Of a stretch of DNA of 64,000 bases, positions 29,144 through 37,289 are shown piece by piece. Origin of the DNA: a virus (taxonomy: Duplodnaviria > Caudoviricetes); the IMG/VR virus record IMGVR_UViG_3300020050_007300, positions 1 to 64,000 of that record. One strand, 5' to 3'. The notes beneath the pieces are model-generated. The model made no database searches. It saw nothing but the letters and a program-made list of their open reading frames with translations, and was not told the origin of the DNA. Both the position numbers and the translations under genes were made by a program. Numbering within the stretch: the first letter of the stretch is position 1; the number at the start of each line of letters is the position of its first letter.

Positions 29144-29629
29144 TTAGATTTCGCGGTAGATGATGCCGAAAGTCCAACCAGTCAGAACTGCGGGAGCTGC
29201 AGGAAGGTGCAGACCAAAGCCTGAAGTGGAGCCTGCGTTCAACACTACACGTTCTTCAGGGGTGGGAATCCAGACCCAGCCAGAAAGGATGTTAAATGCG
29301 TCAGGCAGAAGAATGGTCTTAGCGCCAGCACCTTCTGCAGAAGCGTTAATGCCGCAGGTTCCTGCTGCACCTGATGTTCCACCTGCCAGAAGTGATGCAG
29401 GGTCGTTCTGCTTCAACTTTACAGGCGTAGCGGCTGTCAGAGTTGGAAACGCCGCAACTTGGGTGTTCAGTTGTACCCTTTGCTGGGCACTGGCCGTACT
29501 ACCAGACTGGGACACCCAGGCTCGCAAAATCTCAATAGAGGCCGTAGCGCCTGGGGTGAGAAAGGCCAAAGTTACTGGCTGGTTTGCCAGGGTGACGTTT
29601 GAACCGGAGAGAATGTATTCGCGTGACAT
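29144..29629 (-). CDS. Hypothetical structural protein
   Basis: 161 aa beta-rich ORF with biased codons in the late operon. Confidence 0.6.
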   Translation of the reverse strand: MSREYILSGSNVTLANQPVTLAFLTPGATASIEILRAWVSQSGSTASAQQRVQLNTQVAAFPTLTAATPVKLKQNDPASLLAGGTSGAAGTCGINASAEGAGAKTILLPDAFNILSGWVWIPTPEERVVLNAGSTSGFGLHLPAAPAVLTGWTFGIIYREI

Positions 29630-29640
29630 TTGAAAGTTCC

Positions 29641-30660
29641 TTATTGTGCAAGTATAGGGCCGATTACTGGCTGCATGTTTCGTAAAAGTGGACTACTACC
29701 AGAAACTGAACCTGCGATTTCCCAGGCTCCTGGAGTCGGTGCAGTGAGGCTTCTTGGTTGAGCCATAATGTCTAAATCGTTTGTATAGGCTTGGACTCTT
29801 ACACCAGCCCCTGCTAAAACAGAAGTAGCCGCAGGACGTACATCTAGGGTTAGGCTAGCAGCGTTGGTAAGCTCAGTAACCACTGGCACATTGAGCAGAC
29901 TGTTCACTCCAGGGGCTGACGCATCAGAGGAGACGTTATTACTTGACTGTGCAGAGTATGTGATAGCCTTAAAACACTCCCCAAAAGGTCCTAAAACGAC
30001 TACGTTCTGCATCAAGGGTGAGTTTGGGTAGTCGTAGTGAACCCCAAAACCTGCGGCAGGTAGGTCAGCAGGTCTAATTAGCGTCATGTTTATCAGGGCA
30101 CAGTTCCCTGTTGCACTGATAGCCCGTGAGCCTCCTCCAAGCAATATACTTACGCAGTTAACTGCTGAAGAACTGGCGTTGCCCATAAAGTAACCCTGCC
30201 CACCATCGCGCCTACTCTGAAATAGGCACTCTGAGAACCTTTGGTTGCTGCCAAACATACCTCCAGGCTTAAAGTAGTTGCTAGGGTAACTTGTGTCGTA
30301 AAAAAACTGGACACCCTTAACCTTGAAAAAGGAGGTATCGAAGGTCAGCTGATTCTTGTAGTTGCCCTGCACACGAAAGCCAACCCCGTTAGCTATGTCA
30401 TAGCGCAGAGCATTCGTCAGCTTATTTACATTGTCAGTGAATGAGTGCCCAGTGGCGCAGGTCAGGATAGGGTAGCAGGCAGCACTAGATGTAATACCAG
30501 ACACAGTTAGCGTATCCGTAAACTCCGAATCGTTATAGCACTCCCCGTGCCATATCTGATCTACAGCGACAAGGTCTGTGGGGCACGCGGCAACCCAGGC
30601 GTTGACTGTGCTGTAGTCCCTGCCTGCAGTGCCTATGCTGTGAACTATGGTCGTAGTCAT
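29641..30660 (-). CDS. Probable right-handed beta-helix (pectin lyase-like) virion protein
   Basis: IGTAGRDYST N-terminus; Asn/Cys ladders (FSEC, AVNC, LINM, MQNV). Confidence 0.55.
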   Translation of the reverse strand: MTTTIVHSIGTAGRDYSTVNAWVAACPTDLVAVDQIWHGECYNDSEFTDTLTVSGITSSAACYPILTCATGHSFTDNVNKLTNALRYDIANGVGFRVQGNYKNQLTFDTSFFKVKGVQFFYDTSYPSNYFKPGGMFGSNQRFSECLFQSRRDGGQGYFMGNASSSAVNCVSILLGGGSRAISATGNCALINMTLIRPADLPAAGFGVHYDYPNSPLMQNVVVLGPFGECFKAITYSAQSSNNVSSDASAPGVNSLLNVPVVTELTNAASLTLDVRPAATSVLAGAGVRVQAYTNDLDIMAQPRSLTAPTPGAWEIAGSVSGSSPLLRNMQPVIGPILAQ

Positions 30661-31064
30661 TCAAATATGTTGGGGTCAGCCAACCTCACTTTTTCGACCT
30701 TGAGTGCCAAAAGTTTCTCAGGGCTCATAGAGGCTTTGAACAGAGGGTTGCGCCTTTTAGGGTCTTCCAGGTTTGCGACTACACCCGGAAGACCTTCCAG
30801 GTCCAATTTAAACGCCCTCAATCTCAGCATTTTGCTGGGGTTGGTAGGGTCTGTGTCTAGCTCAGGTCCCAAAAAAGCGCTGGCCTGCGACACAGTTACG
30901 CGTGGGACCTTAATAATGCGGAACAGTGGGTTGACTAACTCCTGCTTCCCCCAAAGCCAACCGTCTGGCCGTATAGCCACAACGTCGCCACGCTTGTACT
31001 GCTTAGCGTCCAGGTACGGGTCATCACTAACCTTATCTAAAGCCAGTACAAGAATTTCGCACAT
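30657..31064 (-). CDS. Hypothetical protein (start revised to 31064)
   Basis: TAATG coupling to upstream cupin stop; YKRGDVVAIRPDGW.WG motif. Confidence 0.6.
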   Translation of the reverse strand: MCEILVLALDKVSDDPYLDAKQYKRGDVVAIRPDGWLWGKQELVNPLFRIIKVPRVTVSQASAFLGPELDTDPTNPSKMLRLRAFKLDLEGLPGVVANLEDPKRRNPLFKASMSPEKLLALKVEKVRLADPNIFE

Positions 31065-31399
31065 TACAAGTAGCCTTCCATCCAACCGTCGTAGGGTTGA
31101 ACAATCTCCCCTTGAGGATTCCTGTGAGCGTAGATACAATGACCCATGCTGCCATCTTCAAGTGCTGTCAATCGGTGCAGAACCCCTGCTTTAATCAACA
31201 CCCAGTTGTGGCCGTCTTTCGCCGACTTAACCGCCGACTGCTTGACAGAGCCGTCTACATTTAACGACTCAATCTTCAGGGTCCCACGCGCAACATAGGT
31301 AGTATGGTCGAAGTTGTGTGCGTGCCCGTCAATGACCTCCCCTGCTTTCAGGAAGGCCATCTCACGAATGAAAATATTTCCGCTGACGTACTCCATCAC
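31064..31399 (-). CDS. Cupin-domain protein
   Basis: GHAHNFDH.TYVARG and IKAGVLH metal-binding cupin motifs. Confidence 0.75.
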   Translation of the reverse strand: MMEYVSGNIFIREMAFLKAGEVIDGHAHNFDHTTYVARGTLKIESLNVDGSVKQSAVKSAKDGHNWVLIKAGVLHRLTALEDGSMGHCIYAHRNPQGEIVQPYDGWMEGYL

Positions 31400-31719
31400 T
31401 GCACCGCCAGTTGCTTTTCTCGGACAACAGCCAGCACACCCAGCATCACCATAGCAAGGCTAGTGTCTGCTCCTAGGGCTGACCCGTCCTCCAGGTTCAC
31501 CAGGGGGATGGGGTCCATTGCGTCATTCTGCAGGTCTAGGGTGCTGGAAATAGGCTCAAGGTCTTCTAGCTTACGCACCGAACCGTCGGCCATCTTGACA
31601 GCCAGACTTTGCTCAATCGCCACACTCGGTAGTTGGCCGTTGTCTGGGTAGTTGATCGTAATTCGGTGCGCCCGAACATAGGGCACACCAACCTGAGAGG
31701 CATCATAGTTGGTGGTCAT
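31396..31719 (-). CDS. Hypothetical protein
   Basis: 107 aa ORF, translationally coupled in the late operon. Confidence 0.6.
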   Translation of the reverse strand: MTTNYDASQVGVPYVRAHRITINYPDNGQLPSVAIEQSLAVKMADGSVRKLEDLEPISSTLDLQNDAMDPIPLVNLEDGSALGADTSLAMVMLGVLAVVREKQLAVQ

Positions 31720-31727
31720 AGCAGCTC

Positions 31728-32366
31728 TTAGTTGTCCAGGGTGTACACAGCGCCAGCAGCGGCGATGGTGGGAGCAGGGTCACCGCTGTTAACGGTTTTT
31801 GCGGCAGTCAACGGGCTGACCAGCATCATGTTACCGCCAGTAGTCGCATCGTACACTGCCGAAGCCCACACAAACGAAGGGCCTGAAGTGGGGGCAGAAC
31901 CGAAAGTCACCACACCGTTATTGCTGGTAGTCGTGGCAGCTGTACCGGTAGAAGCGACGGTTGTGCCTGCACCTTGAGTACCCGCCCAGTTGGCAAGTGT
32001 TGCTGCAGTGTTCGCACGGGCGTAGCCAGAGTAGGCAGCTTCGACGCATGTGCCTGCACGCATGGCGGCTGTTTGCTCTGTCAGAGTTGCCGTACCATCG
32101 ACGATGGCTTCGTTCATGTTGCCAGGGAACAGCGATGCTTGCGCAGCGGCCGACGTACCTGCAGTCGTCACCTTGTAGAGGTGGGTCTTACCATCGTTGG
32201 CAGTCAGCGAAAGGGTGTCGTTGAGTGCGTAGACAGTGGAGTTAGCTCGTGGGCCGCGAGTAGACGTCAGCAGGCCAATGGAGAAAGTAGCGGCGGGGAA
32301 GGTGTAAGCCTGGCCACGGAACAACTGGTCCAGAAGCTTGTTGCCGAAATAGGAAGTGAACTGCAT
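31728..32366 (-). CDS. Virion fibre/collar-type structural protein
   Basis: MQFTSYFGNKLLDQLFRG, YSGYAR, VYDATTGGNM, KTVNSGD pattern seen in phage fibre-associated proteins; AAGGA RBS. Confidence 0.6.
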   Translation of the reverse strand: MQFTSYFGNKLLDQLFRGQAYTFPAATFSIGLLTSTRGPRANSTVYALNDTLSLTANDGKTHLYKVTTAGTSAAAQASLFPGNMNEAIVDGTATLTEQTAAMRAGTCVEAAYSGYARANTAATLANWAGTQGAGTTVASTGTAATTTSNNGVVTFGSAPTSGPSFVWASAVYDATTGGNMMLVSPLTAAKTVNSGDPAPTIAAAGAVYTLDN

Positions 32367-32378
32367 GTTTGGTCCTTG

Positions 32379-32621
32379 TTACTTGGAGGGTTTTACTGGC
32401 GTTTCTGGCGCAGCTTTGGGCAGCACTAGGGCTGGTTGGGTTTTGGTCCAGTCGGTGACTTCAGCCTCAGTGTCTACCAAGGGTAAAAACACGACATTGC
32501 TGGTGGGGTCTACAAGTCTGAAGGGGCACTTGTTGTAAATCGCTGGCATAGGGTTTCCGTAAAGGTTGGATTTTACCTCTCTAGGCATTGGAGGCCTAGG
32601 GGACTTACTTACTGTTGGCAA
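32379..32621 (-). CDS. Small Pro-rich hypothetical protein
   Basis: 80 aa ORF filling the gap in the late operon. Confidence 0.5.
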   Translation of the reverse strand: MPTVSKSPRPPMPREVKSNLYGNPMPAIYNKCPFRLVDPTSNVVFLPLVDTEAEVTDWTKTQPALVLPKAAPETPVKPSK

Positions 32622-32633
32622 TTGCTGAAGAGG

Positions 32634-32666
32634 ACTAAAAGACCTGTTTTAAGTAGGTCTTTTAGT
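32634..32666 (-). terminator. Hairpin, possible terminator
   Basis: ACTAAAAGACCT-N9-AGGTCTTTTAGT, 12-bp inverted repeat in an intergenic gap. Confidence 0.5.
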
Positions 32667-32700
32667 GCAGTGGGTCTTACCTCACCGGCAGGGGATGGGA

Positions 32701-32853
32701 TTACTCTGTCGGAACTTCTGTGCCCACAAGGCGATACTTGCCCTCTTCTGTGCGCTCCCAGCCATACAGCAGCTCGGTTGTGCCCTCGGGGTGCAGCTCG
32801 CGGAACATCTGGTTCGACGCTGCTTCTGCCTCTGCTTGTGTGTCAAAAATCAT
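32701..32853 (-). CDS. Small hypothetical protein (50 aa), not in the ORF track
   Basis: GGAGG RBS and TAATG coupling; MIFDTQAEAEAASNQMFRELHPEG.. Confidence 0.55.
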   Translation of the reverse strand: MIFDTQAEAEAASNQMFRELHPEGTTELLYGWERTEEGKYRLVGTEVPTE

Positions 32854-34046
32854 TACATTACCTCCTGTGCTTGTACTTGAATCATCCAGCGGATTGTGTT
32901 TGTGCCAGCGCCTGTTACGTTGATTGCGAGAGCCCCGTTGGTGGTGTCAGCCGCTGCGGCTACGACCCAAGCGGAGGCACCCGCGTCTGCGAAAGAGCTG
33001 ACTACAGACGAGTTAACCAGCACTGTTGCCGCAGCGTTAGCGCCCCGGCGAATAAGCCCCGTGACTTCCCACTCTTTAGTCACCAGCGCTACAGCATCAA
33101 ATGCCACGACTTGTGCAGTAAATCTAACTGCGGACAGACTGCGGAGCGCTAGCTGATTTGTAGCTGAGCCGCTAGCTGCATCGGCTGTGGCCCGTGTGAG
33201 TGTTGCACCTACTGTGGACTGCCGCAGGCCTGTGCGTGTACTTTGGTAGCGGCCCAGTGCGTCGGAGTTGTGGCCGAAGGCCACTTGTCCGGCGACTGAG
33301 TTGGTATTTGCGTATGCACCACCAACGGTTATTGTTCTAGTACCTATTGCCTGGTTTGCGTACCCACCTATTGAAGCCGCACCAGCTCCATTTGAATAAC
33401 AGTTATCTCCCGCAGCCAAGGCCGCTATTCCGTTAGCAGCGGACAAGACTCCTGCGGTAAATGTGTAATCCCCAGCCGAGAGATTACCGTTGCCAACGGA
33501 GTAGGACCATTGCCCTGATGCAGTATTATTCCTACCGAATACCGTGCTGTAGTTACCGGATGCTGTGTTATCCGAACCCGCAGCGAAAGATTGCACACCA
33601 CTGGCTACTCTTGTAGCCTGCGAGCGCTGTAGCTGCGAATCCACCGCGCAAGTGCCTCGCTTATTCCCGCCGTACACAGTGCCGTCTGGTATAGCCAGCA
33701 TGAAACTGCCTGTACTGCCTTTCGGGACAACAGCAATATCAATATTCGCTGACGCGCCGGAGGCTAGCAGTGCGTCTACTGGGACAGAAGCGTTAGGGGC
33801 TGTGGAGACTTCGGATTGTGTGAATGTGCCAGCCCCTGACACCGGAGTAAACACTGCGGAGCCATTAACACCTTGCAGGGCGCACAGTTGCCCTGTGCCC
33901 TTGTTGGTCAAGGTGCTGCCTAGCTTCGGCCTGTAGCCGTCCGAAGCTATCGCCACGTTTATTTGCGCGATTTCTGCACTGGTGTACTCACCCAGGTATC
34001 GTTCATCGCTGTCTAGGTTTTGACGTAAAAAGTCTAAAGATGCCAC
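32853..34046 (-). CDS. Probable head fibre / adhesin with YadA-head (Hep_Hag-like) repeats
   Basis: ~14-residue repeats (SGNYSTVFGRNNTA SGQWSYSVGNGNLS AGDYTFTAG..); first gene after the capsid terminator; AGGAG RBS, GTG start. Confidence 0.65.
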   Translation of the reverse strand: MASLDFLRQNLDSDERYLGEYTSAEIAQINVAIASDGYRPKLGSTLTNKGTGQLCALQGVNGSAVFTPVSGAGTFTQSEVSTAPNASVPVDALLASGASANIDIAVVPKGSTGSFMLAIPDGTVYGGNKRGTCAVDSQLQRSQATRVASGVQSFAAGSDNTASGNYSTVFGRNNTASGQWSYSVGNGNLSAGDYTFTAGVLSAANGIAALAAGDNCYSNGAGAASIGGYANQAIGTRTITVGGAYANTNSVAGQVAFGHNSDALGRYQSTRTGLRQSTVGATLTRATADAASGSATNQLALRSLSAVRFTAQVVAFDAVALVTKEWEVTGLIRRGANAAATVLVNSSVVSSFADAGASAWVVAAAADTTNGALAINVTGAGTNTIRWMIQVQAQEVM

Positions 34047-34072
34047 TGGAACTTCTCCTGTTTAAACTAATA

Positions 34073-34102
34073 AAGAAAAGGCCCCAATCGGGGCCTTTTC
34101 TT
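34073..34102 (-). terminator. Intrinsic terminator after the major capsid gene
   Basis: AAGAAAAGGCCCC-N4-GGGGCCTTTTCTT; on the minus strand the GC stem is followed by TTTTCTTT. Confidence 0.85.
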
Positions 34103-34114
34103 AGCTAACTATGT

Positions 34115-35338
34115 TCACGAGATTGTGAGCACGTCAAAAGCACGCGTATCGGTGTCACCAAAAGTCCGGTAGCAGCTTTCCGAATAGTCGAACCTCATGG
34201 CCGTGCTACGACGCAGGGCAAAAGCCTCACTGGCGCTGTAGGTTGCACCAACGTTGGTCACACGGGTGATAGCCTTGCGGGAATCAAGCGCCCAGATCGT
34301 GTTAGCTGGTACTGGACCACCTTCGGCTGCGGAGTCAACGATGAAGAACTTCACGTTGTTGCCGAAACCTACGTTCACTTGGTTAGCTGGAATGGCTTGT
34401 GGGTCAATCACAGCCAAGCGTGGGTCGTAAGCCACCGTACCTGGACGACCGGCGCGACCTTCAATCTTCAGGTAGGTGTCAATGTCGCAGACGATGTAGT
34501 CGATGTTGCGGAACTTGCGGTTACGCGCCAGGAACTTCACCCAGGCCTTGTGGGTCAGCACACCACCGGTAGCAGCAGCGTCCAAGGACGTGCTGGTCAC
34601 GGCAGCAATAGCGCCAACTACGAGGTCGTTGTCACCCGAGAACAGTGCGCTCAGGTAACCGTAGACGCGTGCGTCCTTTTCCACCTGCATGTAGCGAGCT
34701 ACGCTCAGGGCCACAACGTCAATGGTCAAGGCTGCGCGGGCTTTATCGCTGAACTCGATACCCATGCCAAAAGCGGGCAGGGAGCGAATGCGCTCGGCGG
34801 TGGACAGGCGCAGCATTGCGCCGGGTTCCGCAAACTCCGTCACGCGCTGGGCACGGGCTTGTTCAGGACCGCCAACGGTCTGGTACGAGATGACAGGCTG
34901 GATGAAGTTTTCGTTGGGGATGGACATTTCTTGGCCAACCATCTGATCGAACACCACGGTGTCCGTATCACGGTCCTTAGCCAGAATGTCTTCCACCATG
35001 TCCACGATAGCAGCAGGGTACAGCGAACGAGCAGCCACACCGAATGGCGAACCACGGTCAGAAGCGTTGTTCATACCAGCGGCTTGCATACCAGCTTTGC
35101 CATCCAGAATGTCATTCACGGTAGCTGCGCGGATACCGAAGTCATTCGCACCGGGCAAGATCAAGCCCTCCGAAGCGCACAGCTGTTTGAAGGCCGAACC
35201 CTTAGAAGTGTCAGCGTTCATGTACTGACGGTTGATGTAAGTGGGGACAGACATGCCGGCATCAAAAGAGGCCTTGTGAATGTCAGCGGAAATTTCTACG
35301 TGTTGGGCAACGCCGTCACGGTCAAGGAAGAAAGCCAT
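34115..35338 (-). CDS. Major capsid protein
   Basis: 407 aa, strongest codon bias, AGGAG RBS, position after protease and cement genes, followed by a terminator. Confidence 0.8.
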   Translation of the reverse strand: MAFFLDRDGVAQHVEISADIHKASFDAGMSVPTYINRQYMNADTSKGSAFKQLCASEGLILPGANDFGIRAATVNDILDGKAGMQAAGMNNASDRGSPFGVAARSLYPAAIVDMVEDILAKDRDTDTVVFDQMVGQEMSIPNENFIQPVISYQTVGGPEQARAQRVTEFAEPGAMLRLSTAERIRSLPAFGMGIEFSDKARAALTIDVVALSVARYMQVEKDARVYGYLSALFSGDNDLVVGAIAAVTSTSLDAAATGGVLTHKAWVKFLARNRKFRNIDYIVCDIDTYLKIEGRAGRPGTVAYDPRLAVIDPQAIPANQVNVGFGNNVKFFIVDSAAEGGPVPANTIWALDSRKAITRVTNVGATYSASEAFALRRSTAMRFDYSESCYRTFGDTDTRAFDVLTIS

Positions 35339-35366
35339 TTGTTAAACTCCTGAATTTGGTTATTGA

Positions 35367-35846
35367 TTACAGCTTTTCCAGGCACAGACGAGTGCCGACA
35401 GCGCCAGTACCAGCGGTGCCCAGACTCACGACGCGCCAAGCGTGACGGACCAGGGTTTGGGACGTGGCCTTGCAGACTTTGGGGTAAGCAGCCAGAGCCG
35501 TACCCTTAGCCGTCAGCGTACCCACGACAACCAGATCACCCAAAGCGATAACGCCGGTGCCTGGGGTACCTTGCAGGCCGTCAGCAGTGGCGAACATGTA
35601 GCCGTTACCTTGGCCGGTAGCAACACCACCAACAGTGTAGCCAGCGGAAGTGCCAGACTCGACTTGGGTGATGACGCCTTCGATGGCATCACCAGCAACT
35701 GCCAGCACGTACTGGCTTTCACCAGACAGCTTCACAGCTTTGCCGACTTCCGTGTCGGTGTATTTGTCGGCAGGGCCGGTGCCCAGACGAGCGGCAATCA
35801 CCTTGCCAATTGGCAGGGTGGGCACGATGAAATGATTTGCGGCCAT
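35367..35846 (-). CDS. Capsid cement / decoration protein
   Basis: 159 aa Gly/Ala/Thr-rich between protease and MCP, GKAVKL...YVLA..GDAIEG motif. Confidence 0.7.
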   Translation of the reverse strand: MAANHFIVPTLPIGKVIAARLGTGPADKYTDTEVGKAVKLSGESQYVLAVAGDAIEGVITQVESGTSAGYTVGGVATGQGNGYMFATADGLQGTPGTGVIALGDLVVVGTLTAKGTALAAYPKVCKATSQTLVRHAWRVVSLGTAGTGAVGTRLCLEKL

Positions 35847-35858
35847 GTAGATTACTCC

Positions 35859-36368
35859 TTATTTGGCTTTTTGGGTGGATGCGACGGCTGCAAGAAACAT
35901 AGGATTCACTGCAGCTTTAGCCTTAGTGGTATCCGTGGTGGTGGCAGCCACACCGCCCACCTTAAACTTGGACTGGAACAAGGCGCTCAGACGGCCGTGC
36001 TCTGACAGAACTTCCGCAGGCGACAGAGCGGCAGCGGTGTCCGCAGACATACCGAAGTGCAGACCCATAGTCTTGACCGAAGCGCGGGCGATTTCAATCG
36101 AACCTTGTGCTTGCAGCTTCAGAGCAGCCAACTCAGTTTTGGAAGTAGAGGCTTCCATACGAGCAGTCAGCAGTTCCGCTTGGGCGGTTGCCAGCATCGA
36201 CTGCAAAACAGTCAGAGCGTCTGGAGCAGCGGCGGCAGGGGCGGCGTCTGCCTGGGCAGGCGTTTCAGGCACTACTTCAGCGGCTGGTGCAGCGGCATCG
36301 GCTGCAGCGGGCAATTCAATGCCAGCAGCCATTGCGTCGATCTGTTCTTGGGAAAGGGGTTGAGGCAT
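35859..36368 (-). CDS. Nested in-frame scaffolding protein (lambda Nu3-like, 169 aa)
   Basis: Internal AAGGAA-N5-ATG at codon 304 (MPQPLSQEQIDAM..) after a low-complexity linker. Confidence 0.7.
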   Translation of the reverse strand: MPQPLSQEQIDAMAAGIELPAAADAAAPAAEVVPETPAQADAAPAAAAPDALTVLQSMLATAQAELLTARMEASTSKTELAALKLQAQGSIEIARASVKTMGLHFGMSADTAAALSPAEVLSEHGRLSALFQSKFKVGGVAATTTDTTKAKAAVNPMFLAAVASTQKAK

Positions 36369-37277
36369 GTGGGTTCCTTGAGAATTGGCATGATTATCGG
36401 CCATAGAAACAAGGTTTGCGTCTGCTCCTGCTTGAACATAGCCGTTGTTGATAGTTCCTTGGGCTGGTCGGGACTTTTTATCCCCCAGCTTTACAGCAGC
36501 AGCGAAGGCATCCTCAAAGCTACCTACCTCGTCAATAAGGCCAGCTTTCTTTGCGCCTTCCGCCAGAAAGTCCACACCTTGGCCGAAGTTCTTATCTGCG
36601 ACAGCAGCCGACACGCCCCTGCAATCTGCAGCGTAGTTCAAGAATATGTCGTACATTTCTTGTGCCCTAGCCTCCAGACCTTGCCGGGCTTTATCCGACA
36701 AAGCCTCATACGGAGTAGCAAGCGCCTTCTCTGTACCTGCACGAATGACCGTCACTTTGATGCCTGCTTTTTCAAGCATCTCGGACTTGTCTGCGTGCAC
36801 CATGATGATGCCAAGGCTTCCAATTTCTGCAGTCTCTGCTCCGTAAATCTTGCGGCCTGATACGCCCAACCACAAGCAGGCGCTACCCATAGTAGCGCCT
36901 GCATAGGTAACTACAGGTTTAACCTTGTTCACACGACGAATCAGTTGTGCGGTTTCGTGGCAACCTGCCACAGCACCACCGCCGGAAGCCATGTTCAGGA
37001 GGATGGAGGTAACTTCTGGCTTAAGCAACGCCGCAGTCAGTGCGTCACGAATGTCGCTGTAACCGCACTGGCCAAAGTACAGGCCCCAACCTGCATTCCC
37101 AGGAACGAGAGAACCTTGGATGCTGATGATACCCACACTGCCTTGCACTTCCAGCAGTGGTGGCAGACTAGCTGGTTCTTCTCCTGCGTTCATGCGAGCT
37201 TCAGCTTTTGCAGAAGCTTCGATGCTTGCTTCGTAAGAGGATTGGCTACCCAGCCAGAGGGATAATTTATGAGGCAT
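35859..37277 (-). CDS. S49 (SppA/lambda gpC-like) prohead protease with C-terminal scaffold domain
   Basis: SGGG, MGSACLW, IGSLGI, AGTEKA S49 motifs; Ala-rich helical C-terminus. Confidence 0.9.
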   Translation of the reverse strand: MPHKLSLWLGSQSSYEASIEASAKAEARMNAGEEPASLPPLLEVQGSVGIISIQGSLVPGNAGWGLYFGQCGYSDIRDALTAALLKPEVTSILLNMASGGGAVAGCHETAQLIRRVNKVKPVVTYAGATMGSACLWLGVSGRKIYGAETAEIGSLGIIMVHADKSEMLEKAGIKVTVIRAGTEKALATPYEALSDKARQGLEARAQEMYDIFLNYAADCRGVSAAVADKNFGQGVDFLAEGAKKAGLIDEVGSFEDAFAAAVKLGDKKSRPAQGTINNGYVQAGADANLVSMADNHANSQGTHMPQPLSQEQIDAMAAGIELPAAADAAAPAAEVVPETPAQADAAPAAAAPDALTVLQSMLATAQAELLTARMEASTSKTELAALKLQAQGSIEIARASVKTMGLHFGMSADTAAALSPAEVLSEHGRLSALFQSKFKVGGVAATTTDTTKAKAAVNPMFLAAVASTQKAK

Positions 37278-37289
37278 ACCAGATTCTAA

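Noticed and set aside
34379-35353. Long plus-strand ORFs opposite the capsid, tail tube, tape measure and repeat genes (e.g. 34379-35353, 24601-25257, 20411-21118, 28599-29132)
   Set aside because: Expected antisense open frames caused by strong codon bias in the real minus-strand genes
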